From positions 154,546 to 218,545 of the forward strand of contig JAFTPS010000014.1 in NCBI GenBank assembly GCA_017463185.1: a stretch of DNA of 64,000 nucleotides, given 5' to 3'. This DNA comes from Alphaproteobacteria bacterium (GTDB lineage Bacteria > Pseudomonadota > Alphaproteobacteria > Rs-D84). The position numbers were made by a program, and so were the translations under genes. Below the pieces are notes generated by a model that saw only the letters and a list, made by a program, of their open reading frames with translations, was not told the origin of the DNA and did no database searches. Of this stretch, positions 25,702 to 35,694 are shown piece by piece; within the stretch, counting starts at the first letter, position 1, and each line of letters starts with the position of its first letter.

Positions 25702-27477
25702 TTATTTATCCCCCTTTAACAGTTCGCGCATAACCGCGGCCGCGCTGCGAGCGGCCGGGCCACTGCCCCCGGAATGCTCGGTTATAACACATACGGCATA
25801 TTTTGGATTATCCGTTGGTGCATACCCAACAAACAAACCGTGATTTCGCATATTCCATTTTAATTGTTCGTTGGTTAAAACACCTTTGGCGCGTTCCGCC
25901 TTAGAAATACTGCGTACCTGGGATGTTCCGGTTTTGCCACCCATTTTTGCCCCGTTGACATTTATCGCGCTGCCCGCGGCCGTTCCCCCCGGTTTTGTCA
26001 CCTGTTCCAGTCCATTTAACACAAAGCGGATATTTTTCTGTTGCAGGTGCATAGATTCAAATACCGGCTTTTTGTTGTCATAAATCAATCTGGGGACAAC
26101 CTGGGTATTTGATGTTGCGCGTGCAATCATTACTGCCATTTGCAGGCAATTTGCCAATATAAAACCTTGGCCAATGCCGGAAATAACGGTATCCCCGTGA
26201 ACCCAGCGACTGCCAATTTGTTTTTCTTTCCAGTATCTATCTGGAATAATGCCTGGCATTTCGCGTGATAAAATATCATCCATATATTTTTGCGTAAATC
26301 CCAGACGCACCGCCATAGCCTTTATCGCGTCAATTCCAATACGCAGGGCGATTTGATAAAAATAAATATCGCACGAATGCTTTAATGCCCCAGCCAGGTC
26401 CACCCAACCGTGTCCCTTGTCTTCCCAGCAATGATATCTGCGGTCGCCATAGTCCCAATGTCCAGGACAGAAAATCTTTTCTTTGGGTGTGATTGCACCT
26501 GATTCTAATGCGGCCAGTGCAACAACAATTTTAAATGTAGAACCCGGGGGGTACAGACCTTCTATGGTTTTGTTCATAAATGGTTTTGCATAATCAGCGC
26601 GCAGTGTTTCTATATATTCGTCGCCGTCATCACCACTAAATATATTTGGGTCAAAACTGGGGGTGGACACCATTGCCAAAATATCCCCGGTTTTTATATC
26701 CAGCACAACCCCACACCCCGACCTGTGCTGGGTCAGTGCATCGTACAGTGCGCGTTGCGCCCCGTCATTTATGGTTGTTTGAACATCACCACCAATAATT
26801 GGGGCAATGTATTGTGATTTATCCTCGCCCGTGACGCGACCAACCGCATTGGTAATCATAACGGTTTGCCCCGCCGTTCCCTTCATAACATCATCAAAAC
26901 GTTTTTCCAGCCCCGTCACCCCAGTTGTGAAAAATGGTGCGTTTGCAACCTGTTGTCGTGGTTCGCCCACATAGCCAAAAATCTGGGCGCCAGCTGGCCC
27001 CAGTTCATACACACGACCATATCCGCTTTCCACATGTAATCCTGGTAAATTGCGTGCCTGTAATCGTGCCAGTGTATTCCAATCAGCATTTTCACTGACC
27101 AGAACAGGTTGAAATTTCAATTGTTTTTTTATTTTAGCACGGATGCGGTCAACGCGCTTTTGTTTCAGGTTTAATTCCCGTGCCACAATATCAACCAATG
27201 AATTTATGTCATGTGATTCCTCTGGTACAATGTAGATACGATAAATCGGTGCGTCGCGTGAAATAGGTGTGCCGCCGGCCGTCAAAATTCGTCCTCGTTC
27301 CGGCATATTTATTTGGATACGAAATGAATTATTTTGACTTCTTCGTGTGTATTCGCGGTAATTAAATACCTGCATCTGCAACATACGCAAAATCAGCACA
27401 GATGTCAGCACCGCCCCTGCTGTTAAAAACAGTGCGCTTCTGCGATCAAAAGTACGTGAAACCTCTGTATCAATCAT
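25702..27477 (-). CDS. mrdA: Penicillin-binding protein 2 (elongasome transpeptidase)
   Basis: STFK (SxxK), SGI.. and KTGTS motifs plus an N-terminal TM segment. Start taken at MIDTEV; the ORF-track extension to 27534 is probably spurious. Confidence 0.85.
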   Translation of the reverse strand: MIDTEVSRTFDRRSALFLTAGAVLTSVLILRMLQMQVFNYREYTRRSQNNSFRIQINMPERGRILTAGGTPISRDAPIYRIYIVPEESHDINSLVDIVARELNLKQKRVDRIRAKIKKQLKFQPVLVSENADWNTLARLQARNLPGLHVESGYGRVYELGPAGAQIFGYVGEPRQQVANAPFFTTGVTGLEKRFDDVMKGTAGQTVMITNAVGRVTGEDKSQYIAPIIGGDVQTTINDGAQRALYDALTQHRSGCGVVLDIKTGDILAMVSTPSFDPNIFSGDDGDEYIETLRADYAKPFMNKTIEGLYPPGSTFKIVVALAALESGAITPKEKIFCPGHWDYGDRRYHCWEDKGHGWVDLAGALKHSCDIYFYQIALRIGIDAIKAMAVRLGFTQKYMDDILSREMPGIIPDRYWKEKQIGSRWVHGDTVISGIGQGFILANCLQMAVMIARATSNTQVVPRLIYDNKKPVFESMHLQQKNIRFVLNGLEQVTKPGGTAAGSAINVNGAKMGGKTGTSQVRSISKAERAKGVLTNEQLKWNMRNHGLFVGYAPTDNPKYAVCVITEHSGGSGPAARSAAAVMRELLKGDK

Positions 27478-27925
27478 TGGCGACCCTTTTGAAAATGGCG
27501 CAACTGGGTAAATAAAGTGCCGCCGACCACGCAAAAATCCATATGCCGCGAATTAAATTTGCAAAACTAAAATCCATAATCAATAAAACAATCAATCCAA
27601 GACCAATAAAAAATAAAAAAGCCAATGCCCCGTCCATATCCATACGGCTGATATCAATATAGCTTTGAAAGCCATTGACCGAATACCCCAGGCAATAAAT
27701 CGCCAACCATAAACAGACACTGTTAAATTGATAGTCCAATAAAAAACACATTAAAATCGCAAACGGTGTAAACCACGGTATGCGCCGTACAAACGAATAG
27801 TAAAAAATAGGAATAATTGCCAAAACACCGGCCGGATTCCAAAATGGTACAGCCAATCGCCACAGCGCAAGCGTTACTAAAAACGGAAACGCCACGTGTA
27901 AAACTTTAACTATTTTTTCTTTCAT
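27470..27925 (-). CDS. mreD: Rod shape-determining protein MreD
   Basis: 151-aa polytopic membrane protein between mreC and mrdA. Confidence 0.7.
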   Translation of the reverse strand: MKEKIVKVLHVAFPFLVTLALWRLAVPFWNPAGVLAIIPIFYYSFVRRIPWFTPFAILMCFLLDYQFNSVCLWLAIYCLGYSVNGFQSYIDISRMDMDGALAFLFFIGLGLIVLLIMDFSFANLIRGIWIFAWSAALYLPSCAIFKRVAND

Positions 27926-28752
27926 TTATATTCGTTATTTGTATCAAATTGCAAAACCATCACCCGCAACAAAGACGCAGGATTTATGATTTTTACATCT
28001 GTCTCGTTTTTCATTTCACCGACAATCAATCCATCCGGTAAAACACCGCTAATATTACTGGTGACCAGTTTTATACCACCTGTCGCCTGAAATTCCGGGT
28101 CGCTGAAAAATCCCATAACTGGCACTCCTGACCCATCGCCACGCATAAAACCATAAACTTCGGACCCGACAACACGCACGGCAATATTTGTATCACTGTC
28201 CGTTAGGGCGCGTACACGCGAAAAATTCGGTGCGGCATCAATAACAATGCCAACCAATACCATATCGGGTGATACAACAACCTGGCCCGGTTCTATGCCA
28301 CGATTTGATCCACGATTTATAATATATGTATTGTGACCCATTGCGCTGTTGTCATGAATAACATTGGCAATAACGGTTTTGCGCGGACTGTTTTGTACCA
28401 TATCCAATTTACGAACCAACTTTTGGTTTTCCGCAATTGCAATATCACAGGCGTGCTTGTTTGCCAATGCCGCGTCCAACCGTACGCGTAATTCTTCGTT
28501 TTCATCGCGCAGTGTGGCTAATTCGCGCACATTATCAATCGTATTTCCAATCACACGCACGGGCCACGTAATAACATCACCCACGACCTGGGCCACCGGT
28601 ACAACCACATGTGATAAAGCATTCATCAATTTATAATCCGGTTTTGCAATCATAATATATATAAACAGCACCGGCAACACCGCGCCGGCCGCAACGGATT
28701 TAATCAGTGGATATACCTTGGAAGATAGTTTGTTCTGGTTCATCGGGCGCAT
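27922..28752 (-). CDS. mreC: Rod shape-determining protein MreC
   Basis: N-terminal TM segment, a coiled coil (LRDENEELRVRLDAA), and C-terminal beta domains. Start taken at MRPMNQ; the ORF-track start at 28827 is an alternative. Confidence 0.8.
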   Translation of the reverse strand: MRPMNQNKLSSKVYPLIKSVAAGAVLPVLFIYIMIAKPDYKLMNALSHVVVPVAQVVGDVITWPVRVIGNTIDNVRELATLRDENEELRVRLDAALANKHACDIAIAENQKLVRKLDMVQNSPRKTVIANVIHDNSAMGHNTYIINRGSNRGIEPGQVVVSPDMVLVGIVIDAAPNFSRVRALTDSDTNIAVRVVGSEVYGFMRGDGSGVPVMGFFSDPEFQATGGIKLVTSNISGVLPDGLIVGEMKNETDVKIINPASLLRVMVLQFDTNNEYK

Positions 28753-28882
28753 TTTAGTCACAAAAAGGTAATTATTCAATAAAAACTTGATTTTTCCTTT
28801 AATTATGCCAAAATAGCACTCAGTCAAAGTGGCAAGGCATTGCCATCAGACCAGAAAAACATATCTACAAAAAGGATAAAAA

Positions 28883-29086
28883 ATGCCAAAATTAAAAACA
28901 AAGTCGTACTTAAAAAAACGTGCGTCTATGACCGCGACCGGTAAAATCCGTGTTGCCCGTAACGCCCACAAGAAATTGCTGCGTAAAAAATCTGCGCGCG
29001 CAAACAATGCGGGTTCTAAACCACAGTATTTGAACGAAAATATGGTCGGACAGGCTAAAATCCTGGCTCCATACGGTTTGAAATAA
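28883..29086 (+). CDS. rpmI: 50S ribosomal protein bL35
   Basis: MPKLKTKSYLKKRASMTATGKIRV... matches the L35 pattern. Confidence 0.85.
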   Translation: MPKLKTKSYLKKRASMTATGKIRVARNAHKKLLRKKSARANNAGSKPQYLNENMVGQAKILAPYGLK

Positions 29087-29099
29087 TAGGGGGTAAGTT

Positions 29100-29468
29100 A
29101 TGGCAAGAGTAAAACGCGGAACAACCGTAAAACAAAAGCACAACAAGATTTTGGCGCGCGCCAAAGGTTATTTGGGCCGTCATCATTCAACATATCGCGC
29201 CGCCCGTGAAAAAACGGAAAAAGCGGGTCAGTACGCATATCGCGATCGTCGCGTTAAAAAACGTGAATTTCGTGGTTTGTGGATTGTTCGTATCAATGCC
29301 GCTGTGCGCGCAAACGGTATGACTTACAGCCAGTTTATGAATGGCTTGAAAAAGGCTGGCGTTGCCCTTGACCGCAAGGTTTTGGCCGAAATGGCATATG
29401 CGGGTGATGCAAACTTCACAAAATTGGTTGATACAGCGAAACGATTTAGCACCGCCGAATCTAAATAA
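29100..29468 (+). CDS. rplT: 50S ribosomal protein bL20
   Basis: [24 protein letters not shown]... is canonical L20. Confidence 0.95.
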   Translation: MARVKRGTTVKQKHNKILARAKGYLGRHHSTYRAAREKTEKAGQYAYRDRRVKKREFRGLWIVRINAAVRANGMTYSQFMNGLKKAGVALDRKVLAEMAYAGDANFTKLVDTAKRFSTAESK

Positions 29469-29496
29469 TCCCTTGTCGGTGGGGTAATTGTTTTGT

Positions 29497-29531
29497 CATA
29501 ATAAAGACCGTCAAAAGACGGTCTTTATTTA
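29497..29531 (+). terminator. Intrinsic terminator / attenuator between rplT and pheS (aaagaccgtc-aaaa-gacggtcttta)
   Basis: Perfect 10-bp stem followed by a T-run, 30 nt upstream of the pheS start. Confidence 0.55.
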
Positions 29532-29561
29532 TTATACTAATTTTATCTAAGGTAAAAGATT

Positions 29562-30509
29562 ATGCAGGAACAGATTAAAAATATAAATAACTTGGACGAA
29601 TTACAAGCGTTATATACTGCCACATTTGGTAAAAACGGTACGATGACCGTGCGGTTAAAGGAAATGAAAAATCTGGACAATGACGCGCGTGCCGCGTTAA
29701 ACCGTGAAAATCAGACTTTGCGTGAATTGTTTAAAGTCCGTCAAACCGAAATAGAAAACGCGGTGTTGATGGCGGGATTGGAAAAACAAAAATTGGATGT
29801 GTCATTAAACCCAATGCCGGAAAATCGTGGAACTTTGCACCCATTGACACAAAGTTTAACTGAAATAGCATCTATTTTAGAATCTTTTGGCTATACAATG
29901 CATACCGGCCCAGAAATAGAGGATGACTGGCATAATTTTACCGCTTTAAATACACCGGCCCATCACCCTGCCCGTGATATGCAAGACACATTCTTTTTGC
30001 CAAATGGAAATGTTTTGCGCACCCAGACATCTGCAATTCAAATTCGCGCAATGGAATCAGATGGTGTGCCAATTAAAATGTTTGGGATTGGTTCTACCTA
30101 TCGCAAGGAAATGGATGCCACCCACAGTCCAATGTTTCATCAGATAGAAGGGTTGTATATTGATAAAAATATAACAATGTCTGATTTGATTGCTGATATT
30201 CGTGCATTTTTATCACGCTTTTTTGGAATTGATAATGTGGAACTGCGTATCCGCCCGTCATACTTTCCATTTACCGATCCCAGCATAGAAGTGGACCTGA
30301 AATGGCGGGGTTCAAAATGGCTGGAAATTATGGGGGCTGGTATGGTTCATCCAAATGTTCTGCGTAATTGTGGCATTGACCCAAATGTGTACCAGGGCTT
30401 TGCTTTTGGTTTTGGTTGGGATCGTTTGGCAATGTTGAAATACAACCTGCCAGACATTCGCCAGTTTTATGACAGTGATGTTCGTTGGTTAAAAAACAGT
30501 GGATTTTAA
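29562..30509 (+). CDS. pheS: Phenylalanine--tRNA ligase alpha subunit
   Basis: Class II aaRS motifs (FPFTDPS...GAGMVHP). 315 aa. Confidence 0.9.
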   Translation: MQEQIKNINNLDELQALYTATFGKNGTMTVRLKEMKNLDNDARAALNRENQTLRELFKVRQTEIENAVLMAGLEKQKLDVSLNPMPENRGTLHPLTQSLTEIASILESFGYTMHTGPEIEDDWHNFTALNTPAHHPARDMQDTFFLPNGNVLRTQTSAIQIRAMESDGVPIKMFGIGSTYRKEMDATHSPMFHQIEGLYIDKNITMSDLIADIRAFLSRFFGIDNVELRIRPSYFPFTDPSIEVDLKWRGSKWLEIMGAGMVHPNVLRNCGIDPNVYQGFAFGFGWDRLAMLKYNLPDIRQFYDSDVRWLKNSGF

Positions 30510-30524
30510 TTTAGGGGTACAGAA

Positions 30525-32828
30525 ATGAAATGGACACTTGATTGGTTACAACAATATTTAAAAACGGATAAAAACGCCGAACAAATTGCGGATACCCTGA
30601 CGCGTATAGGGCTAGAGGTAGAGGAAGTTGTTTCCCCTATATCGCCTGTTGCGGCAAAAATTATTGAATGCAAACCACATGAAAACAGCGATCATTTGCA
30701 CGTATTGATGGTGGATGATGGTAGCGGCACATTGCGTCAGGTTGTTTGTGGTGCGCCAAATGCGCGTGTTGGTTTGATTTCTGCATTGGCGATACCAGGC
30801 TGTGTTATTGACGGACATGAAATTACATCTGGTAAATTACGCGGTGTAGTATCCGATGGAATGATGTGTTCGGCCCGTGAATTGGGAATCAGCGATGACC
30901 ACAGTGGCATTATAGAATTACCCGCCGATACAAAAATTGGTTCACCTGTTGTTGAATCCAAGACGGTTTTTGATGCTGGTATTACCCCAAATCGTCCGGA
31001 TTATTTGTCTGTGCGTGGTATTGCGCGCGACCTGTCTGCGGCGGGTGTTGGTGAATATATTGATGTGGCGGCACATAAATTATCCACCATTGCGGGTACG
31101 CGCAGTGTAATTTTAAAAACCGATAAATGTGGTGCATACAAATTGTGCGAAATTCATAATATCAATATAGCCCCCAGTTGTAATGATATTGCATCTCGTC
31201 TGCGTGCAATTGGCATAAATCCAAAAAATGCCGCTGTGGATGCAACGAACTATATTTGCTATGATATGGGTCAACCAATGCATTGTTTTGATGCGGATGA
31301 AATTGTTGGTGATATAACCGTCCGTATGGCACAAAACGGTGAAAAATTTACAGATCTGTTTGGAAACGCGCACGATTTGACAGAATCTGATATGGTTATT
31401 GCTGACAATGCTGGGATTTTAGCATTGGCGGGTGTAATTGGTGGTGCGCGTGGCGCAACAACCGACAATACAAAAAATATAATCCTGGAATCCGCATATT
31501 TTGACCCGGTATCGGTCCGTAAATCGGCCAAGCGTTTGGGCCTGTCAACCGATGCATCGTATCGCTATGAACGCGGCATAGATCCAACGATAACCGGACC
31601 TGCAATCGCATATGCGGCGGATATTATTATGTCGGCCTGTGGTGGGGAAATTGTCGGTACTTTTGCCGCTGGCAATGACGCTGATTCTGATGTTAAAATT
31701 GCATACAGTCCAGAATATTTTAAGCAAAAAACTGGAATTGATATGGATATCAATACTCAGCATGATATTTTAATTGCGCTGGGCTATAAAGTTGATTGTG
31801 CATCTAATCCATGGATTGTTGTACCCCGCCCTGCCCGTGTGGATGTTCAAATCCCGGAAACGATTGTTGCGGATTTAATTCGTATCTATGGATATGAAAA
31901 AATCGCAACCGCGTCTAAGCATACATCGGGTGAAGCCAAGCCACACAATACGCATGATTTATATATCAAACGGGCTTTGAGTGCGCGCGGATTAAATGAA
32001 TGTCGTTCGTTTGGTTTCGGAAATTCTGTAATGGAAAATTTATTGTCTGATAAGCCAATTGTAAAAATAGCAAATCCAATCACAACAGATTTTGATACAA
32101 TGCGCAATGGTCTGTTGGGTGGATTGTTGACCGCGGTATCAAACAATGAAAAACGTGGTTTTGCGGACATGAATTTATTTGAATTGGGAACGGTGTTTGA
32201 TGGTGATACGCCTGGGGCTCAACATACATCATTGTGTATAGTTCGTACGGGTAATACCGCACCAAAACATTGGTCGTCACGCAATCGTTGTGTTGATATC
32301 TATGATGTCAAAGCAGATTTAATTGCATTGCTAAACGGCCAGCGTTTTACGGTATCCACCGAGAACGCACCTCTATGGGCGCATCCATTCCGTTATGGCG
32401 CAATAATGCAGGGCAAGAAAAAGATTGCTGAATTTGGTGAATTGCATCCGTCAGTCGCAAAAAAATTGCGTATAAAAACAAACACAGTTATCGCAATTGT
32501 GGATAATGTTGAAAACCTGCCTGGGGCGCATCGGCCGCGACACATAATATTGTCGGAATTTCAGCCAATAACCCGCGATTTTGCGTTTATTGTAAATGCG
32601 GATATGCCGGCTGAAAAATTGACGGGCGTTGCCATGTCCACAGACCCGCGTATTACAGATGTAGTTGTGTTTGACGCATTTGAAATGGCTGAAAACCAAA
32701 AATCAATCGCGTTCACAATTACAATCCAGCCGACAGACAATATGACCGACGCGGATTTGGCTAAATTACAGACCTGTGTAATAGATGCCGTTGAAAAAAA
32801 GTGTAATGCAAAAATTCGTGATAAATAA
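30525..32828 (+). CDS. pheT: Phenylalanine--tRNA ligase beta subunit
   Basis: 767 aa containing tRNA-binding, B3/B4, B5 and FDX-ACB domains. Follows pheS. Confidence 0.9.
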   Translation: MKWTLDWLQQYLKTDKNAEQIADTLTRIGLEVEEVVSPISPVAAKIIECKPHENSDHLHVLMVDDGSGTLRQVVCGAPNARVGLISALAIPGCVIDGHEITSGKLRGVVSDGMMCSARELGISDDHSGIIELPADTKIGSPVVESKTVFDAGITPNRPDYLSVRGIARDLSAAGVGEYIDVAAHKLSTIAGTRSVILKTDKCGAYKLCEIHNINIAPSCNDIASRLRAIGINPKNAAVDATNYICYDMGQPMHCFDADEIVGDITVRMAQNGEKFTDLFGNAHDLTESDMVIADNAGILALAGVIGGARGATTDNTKNIILESAYFDPVSVRKSAKRLGLSTDASYRYERGIDPTITGPAIAYAADIIMSACGGEIVGTFAAGNDADSDVKIAYSPEYFKQKTGIDMDINTQHDILIALGYKVDCASNPWIVVPRPARVDVQIPETIVADLIRIYGYEKIATASKHTSGEAKPHNTHDLYIKRALSARGLNECRSFGFGNSVMENLLSDKPIVKIANPITTDFDTMRNGLLGGLLTAVSNNEKRGFADMNLFELGTVFDGDTPGAQHTSLCIVRTGNTAPKHWSSRNRCVDIYDVKADLIALLNGQRFTVSTENAPLWAHPFRYGAIMQGKKKIAEFGELHPSVAKKLRIKTNTVIAIVDNVENLPGAHRPRHIILSEFQPITRDFAFIVNADMPAEKLTGVAMSTDPRITDVVVFDAFEMAENQKSIAFTITIQPTDNMTDADLAKLQTCVIDAVEKKCNAKIRDK

Positions 32829-32932
32829 AAATTTTGATTATGCTTATCACCCCGCATAAACTTAGTTTTTGCGGGGTATTTTTTATTGAAATTCTATGCT
32901 GATTTGCTATGCTTTGAACAAAGGAATTTTTT

Positions 32933-34498
32933 ATGGACAGCAATTACACAGTTTTAGCCCGCAAATACCGCAGTCAGGATTTTAAATCACTGATAGGTCA
33001 GGATGTTTTGGTCAAAACCTTGACCACTGCAATAAATACTTCACGTATTGCGCACGCATATATTTTTACCGGTATTCGTGGTACTGGTAAAACCAGTACG
33101 GCCCGCATATTGGCCAAGGCTTTAAATTGCCTGTCATCGGACCATGCAACATCCACCCCATGTGGTGAATGTGAAAATTGTCGTGCAATTGCGGCGGGGC
33201 AGCATATTGATGTTATGGAAATTGACGCTGCGTCCCATACGGGCGTGGATAATATGCGTGATATTCTGGACGCTGCACAATACCGCCCAACAAATGGTCG
33301 CTACAAGGTTTATATTATTGACGAAGTTCATATGTTATCCACCAGTGCTTTTAATGCTTTGTTAAAAACATTAGAGGAACCACCTGCCCACGTAATTTTT
33401 ATCCTGGCTACAACCGAAATCAGAAAAGTCCCCGTGACAATTTTATCCCGGTGCCAGCGTTTTGACCTGGTCCGTGTTTCGGTTGAAACATTAAAGAAGC
33501 ATTTTGCCTGGATTGCTGATGCTGAAAAAATAGAATTATCTGATGCGGCAAATGAATTGTTGGCGCGTGCCGCCGACGGTTCGGTTCGTGATGGATTGTC
33601 CCTGTTGGACCAGGCGATTGCCCAAACCGGTGGTCACGTGGACGAGGGTGCGGTCCTTGATATGTTAAAGCGCGCTGACCGTGGCGTTGTTGTTGATTTT
33701 ATGAAAACATTGTTATCGGGTGATGTTGCGCGCGCCCTGAATAAAGTGGACGAAATATATAACAATGGTGCGGATTTGGCAATGTTATTGACGGATATGA
33801 TGGAATGGACACACTGGGCAACGCGTATGCATCCGTCTTTGCGTGCGGGCGAGGCTACTAATTCCCCATATACTGCCGACCAGCGCGACCAGATTATGGA
33901 TATAAATTCGCGTATAACATTAAATACCCTTTCCCGTATATGGCAGGTTATGGTTGCATCTGTTTCCGAAATGCAGGCGGCGGGTAATCAGAAACAGTGT
34001 TTTGATATGTTGATAATTCGCCTGATGCATATTGCTGATATGCCTTCTGTGCCTGAAATTTTGAAACAACAGGAATCTGAAAATCGTATGCGCGATGTTA
34101 AAAATATTTTGGCGGATCGTATGGCGCAATCGCAACCCGAACCAGAAGCCGCCAAATCCGCCGTATGCGTAATAAGTTCTGCGGGTGACTTGGCGTGCGC
34201 ATTACAGGACAGCAAGGAAATATTACTTTATTCATATTTTAGTGGAAATATAGAAGTTTCCGAAATAACTGACGGTCATATCAAATATTTTGACCGCAAA
34301 GGTGACGCGGATTTTGCACATAAATTAGCATCCTGGTTAAATGATAAAACGGGACATCCTTGGACATTGGAACGTGTCAGCCAATCTGTGAATGTTCATA
34401 CTGTGTCGGAACAAAAACAAGAAGAATTGGTTGCAGATCCATTGGTTGCCAGCGCGATGAGTTTGTTTGAAAATGCAGAAATAATCGGGGTAAAATAA
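32933..34498 (+). CDS. dnaX: DNA polymerase III subunit tau/gamma
   Basis: GIRGTGKTSTARILAKALNC Walker A, the zinc module C..C..C..C and the SRC motif. Confidence 0.9.
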   Translation: MDSNYTVLARKYRSQDFKSLIGQDVLVKTLTTAINTSRIAHAYIFTGIRGTGKTSTARILAKALNCLSSDHATSTPCGECENCRAIAAGQHIDVMEIDAASHTGVDNMRDILDAAQYRPTNGRYKVYIIDEVHMLSTSAFNALLKTLEEPPAHVIFILATTEIRKVPVTILSRCQRFDLVRVSVETLKKHFAWIADAEKIELSDAANELLARAADGSVRDGLSLLDQAIAQTGGHVDEGAVLDMLKRADRGVVVDFMKTLLSGDVARALNKVDEIYNNGADLAMLLTDMMEWTHWATRMHPSLRAGEATNSPYTADQRDQIMDINSRITLNTLSRIWQVMVASVSEMQAAGNQKQCFDMLIIRLMHIADMPSVPEILKQQESENRMRDVKNILADRMAQSQPEPEAAKSAVCVISSAGDLACALQDSKEILLYSYFSGNIEVSEITDGHIKYFDRKGDADFAHKLASWLNDKTGHPWTLERVSQSVNVHTVSEQKQEELVADPLVASAMSLFENAEIIGVK

Positions 34499-34499
34499 A

Positions 34500-34958
34500 A
34501 TGAAATGTGAATCAGGACGTTCTTTGATAGAGGTTATCGGTGTATTGGCTATTGCTGGTATTATGACCGTTTCGGCGGTTGGAATGTATAATATGATACG
34601 CAAAAATCAGTCGCGGATGATTGCAAATTCTGAACTGGAACAAATTGCATCTGATACAAAAATCTTGATGGAAATGCGTGGCACTTACGAAGGGGTGTCC
34701 ATTGATTATCTTATCAAAGCTGGTGCATTAAAATCAGATGTTGCGCCACTGGGGGGTGATGATTGGTCGGTTATATCCAGCGTGGATGGCGAATCCTTTT
34801 CCATAAATTTGACCCAGTTATCCCAGGGCGAATGTAATTATTTTACAACATCTGCGCCAAAATGGGTGTCGGCAATTGTTGTCAATGGATATGAAAACGA
34901 TGGTGCTGACCATTGCTTTTCATCTGATACAAATCAAATATCATTTATTGTGGAATAA
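34500..34958 (+). CDS. Type IV pilin-like protein (class III signal; N-methylation domain; C-terminal disulfide loop)
   Basis: MKCESG|RSLIEVIGVLAIAGIM has Glu at +5 after the G cleavage site and a hydrophobic alpha1 helix. The C-terminal Cys...Cys pair is 28 residues apart (disulfide-bonded D-region), as in type IVa pilins. The gene starts 2 nt after the dnaX stop. Confidence 0.6.
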   Translation: MKCESGRSLIEVIGVLAIAGIMTVSAVGMYNMIRKNQSRMIANSELEQIASDTKILMEMRGTYEGVSIDYLIKAGALKSDVAPLGGDDWSVISSVDGESFSINLTQLSQGECNYFTTSAPKWVSAIVVNGYENDGADHCFSSDTNQISFIVE

Positions 34959-35639
34959 ATGCGTATAACAAAATTATTTTTTGTTGGATTGTTTTCTTTA
35001 TTGATGGTGGCGTGTGCCCCCTATCACAGTCCAGACCGTGCCACCTGGCGTACATACCTGAACGGGGCCAGTTTTACCGATATGACCGAAACCAGTCGTA
35101 TTGCCAAGCGTCCCGTATACTTGGGGGCTGGCGGTGTATTGGTAACGGATATTGTTTCGTCCGCCAAAATGGAATACGGGGACAAAACAACAAACGATAA
35201 TGCCATCGCAACATATTATATGGCCAATCTAGAATACGAATTATATGATGCTTTACGAAAGCCCGGAATTTCTGTTCAGCGTGCCGGTACAGATGTGGTT
35301 GTGATATTGGTGCGTGACGCGATTATGGAATTAGATGTTGCTGATATTTCCCAAACCGGGGATGACACATTAAAAACAATCGCAAAAATATTAAAAAAGC
35401 ATAATGCAACATTCTTGGAAATTGCGGGTTATACCGATGCAATGCGTGATACAAATGCGGCATATGCCCTATCGCTGGATATGGCCCAGCGTGTTGCGGT
35501 GCATTTATCACAGCACGATGTAAATACTGCGCGTATGTTTATTGTGGGGCGTGGTTCGGCACGTCCAATCGCCGCCCAGGATGACATAGGTCGCCTGACC
35601 AATCGTCGTGTAGAATTGCGTATTGCGCCCGCCCGCTAG
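34959..35639 (+). CDS. OmpA-family lipoprotein (peptidoglycan-binding OmpA/MotB C-terminal domain)
   Basis: Lipobox LMVAC. C-terminal GYTDAMRDTNAAYALSLDMAQRVAVHL...NRRVELRI is the OmpA_C signature. Translationally coupled to the pilin-like gene. Confidence 0.7.
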   Translation: MRITKLFFVGLFSLLMVACAPYHSPDRATWRTYLNGASFTDMTETSRIAKRPVYLGAGGVLVTDIVSSAKMEYGDKTTNDNAIATYYMANLEYELYDALRKPGISVQRAGTDVVVILVRDAIMELDVADISQTGDDTLKTIAKILKKHNATFLEIAGYTDAMRDTNAAYALSLDMAQRVAVHLSQHDVNTARMFIVGRGSARPIAAQDDIGRLTNRRVELRIAPAR

Positions 35640-35694
35640 TAAAATAATATCAAGATAAGTTTCTCTTTTACTTTCAATTTTTTATTGTTATAGT

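Noticed and set aside
30612-32857. Series of 60-98-aa antisense ORFs inside pheT (and similar ones inside pnp 37009-37768, mutS 50460-52004, dnaG 21025-22005, topA 22342-24116, ileS 40213-42657, integrase 4112-4758)
   Set aside because: They are entirely embedded opposite well-supported long conserved genes, lack RBS or start context, and have low-complexity composition. These are typical shadow ORFs.
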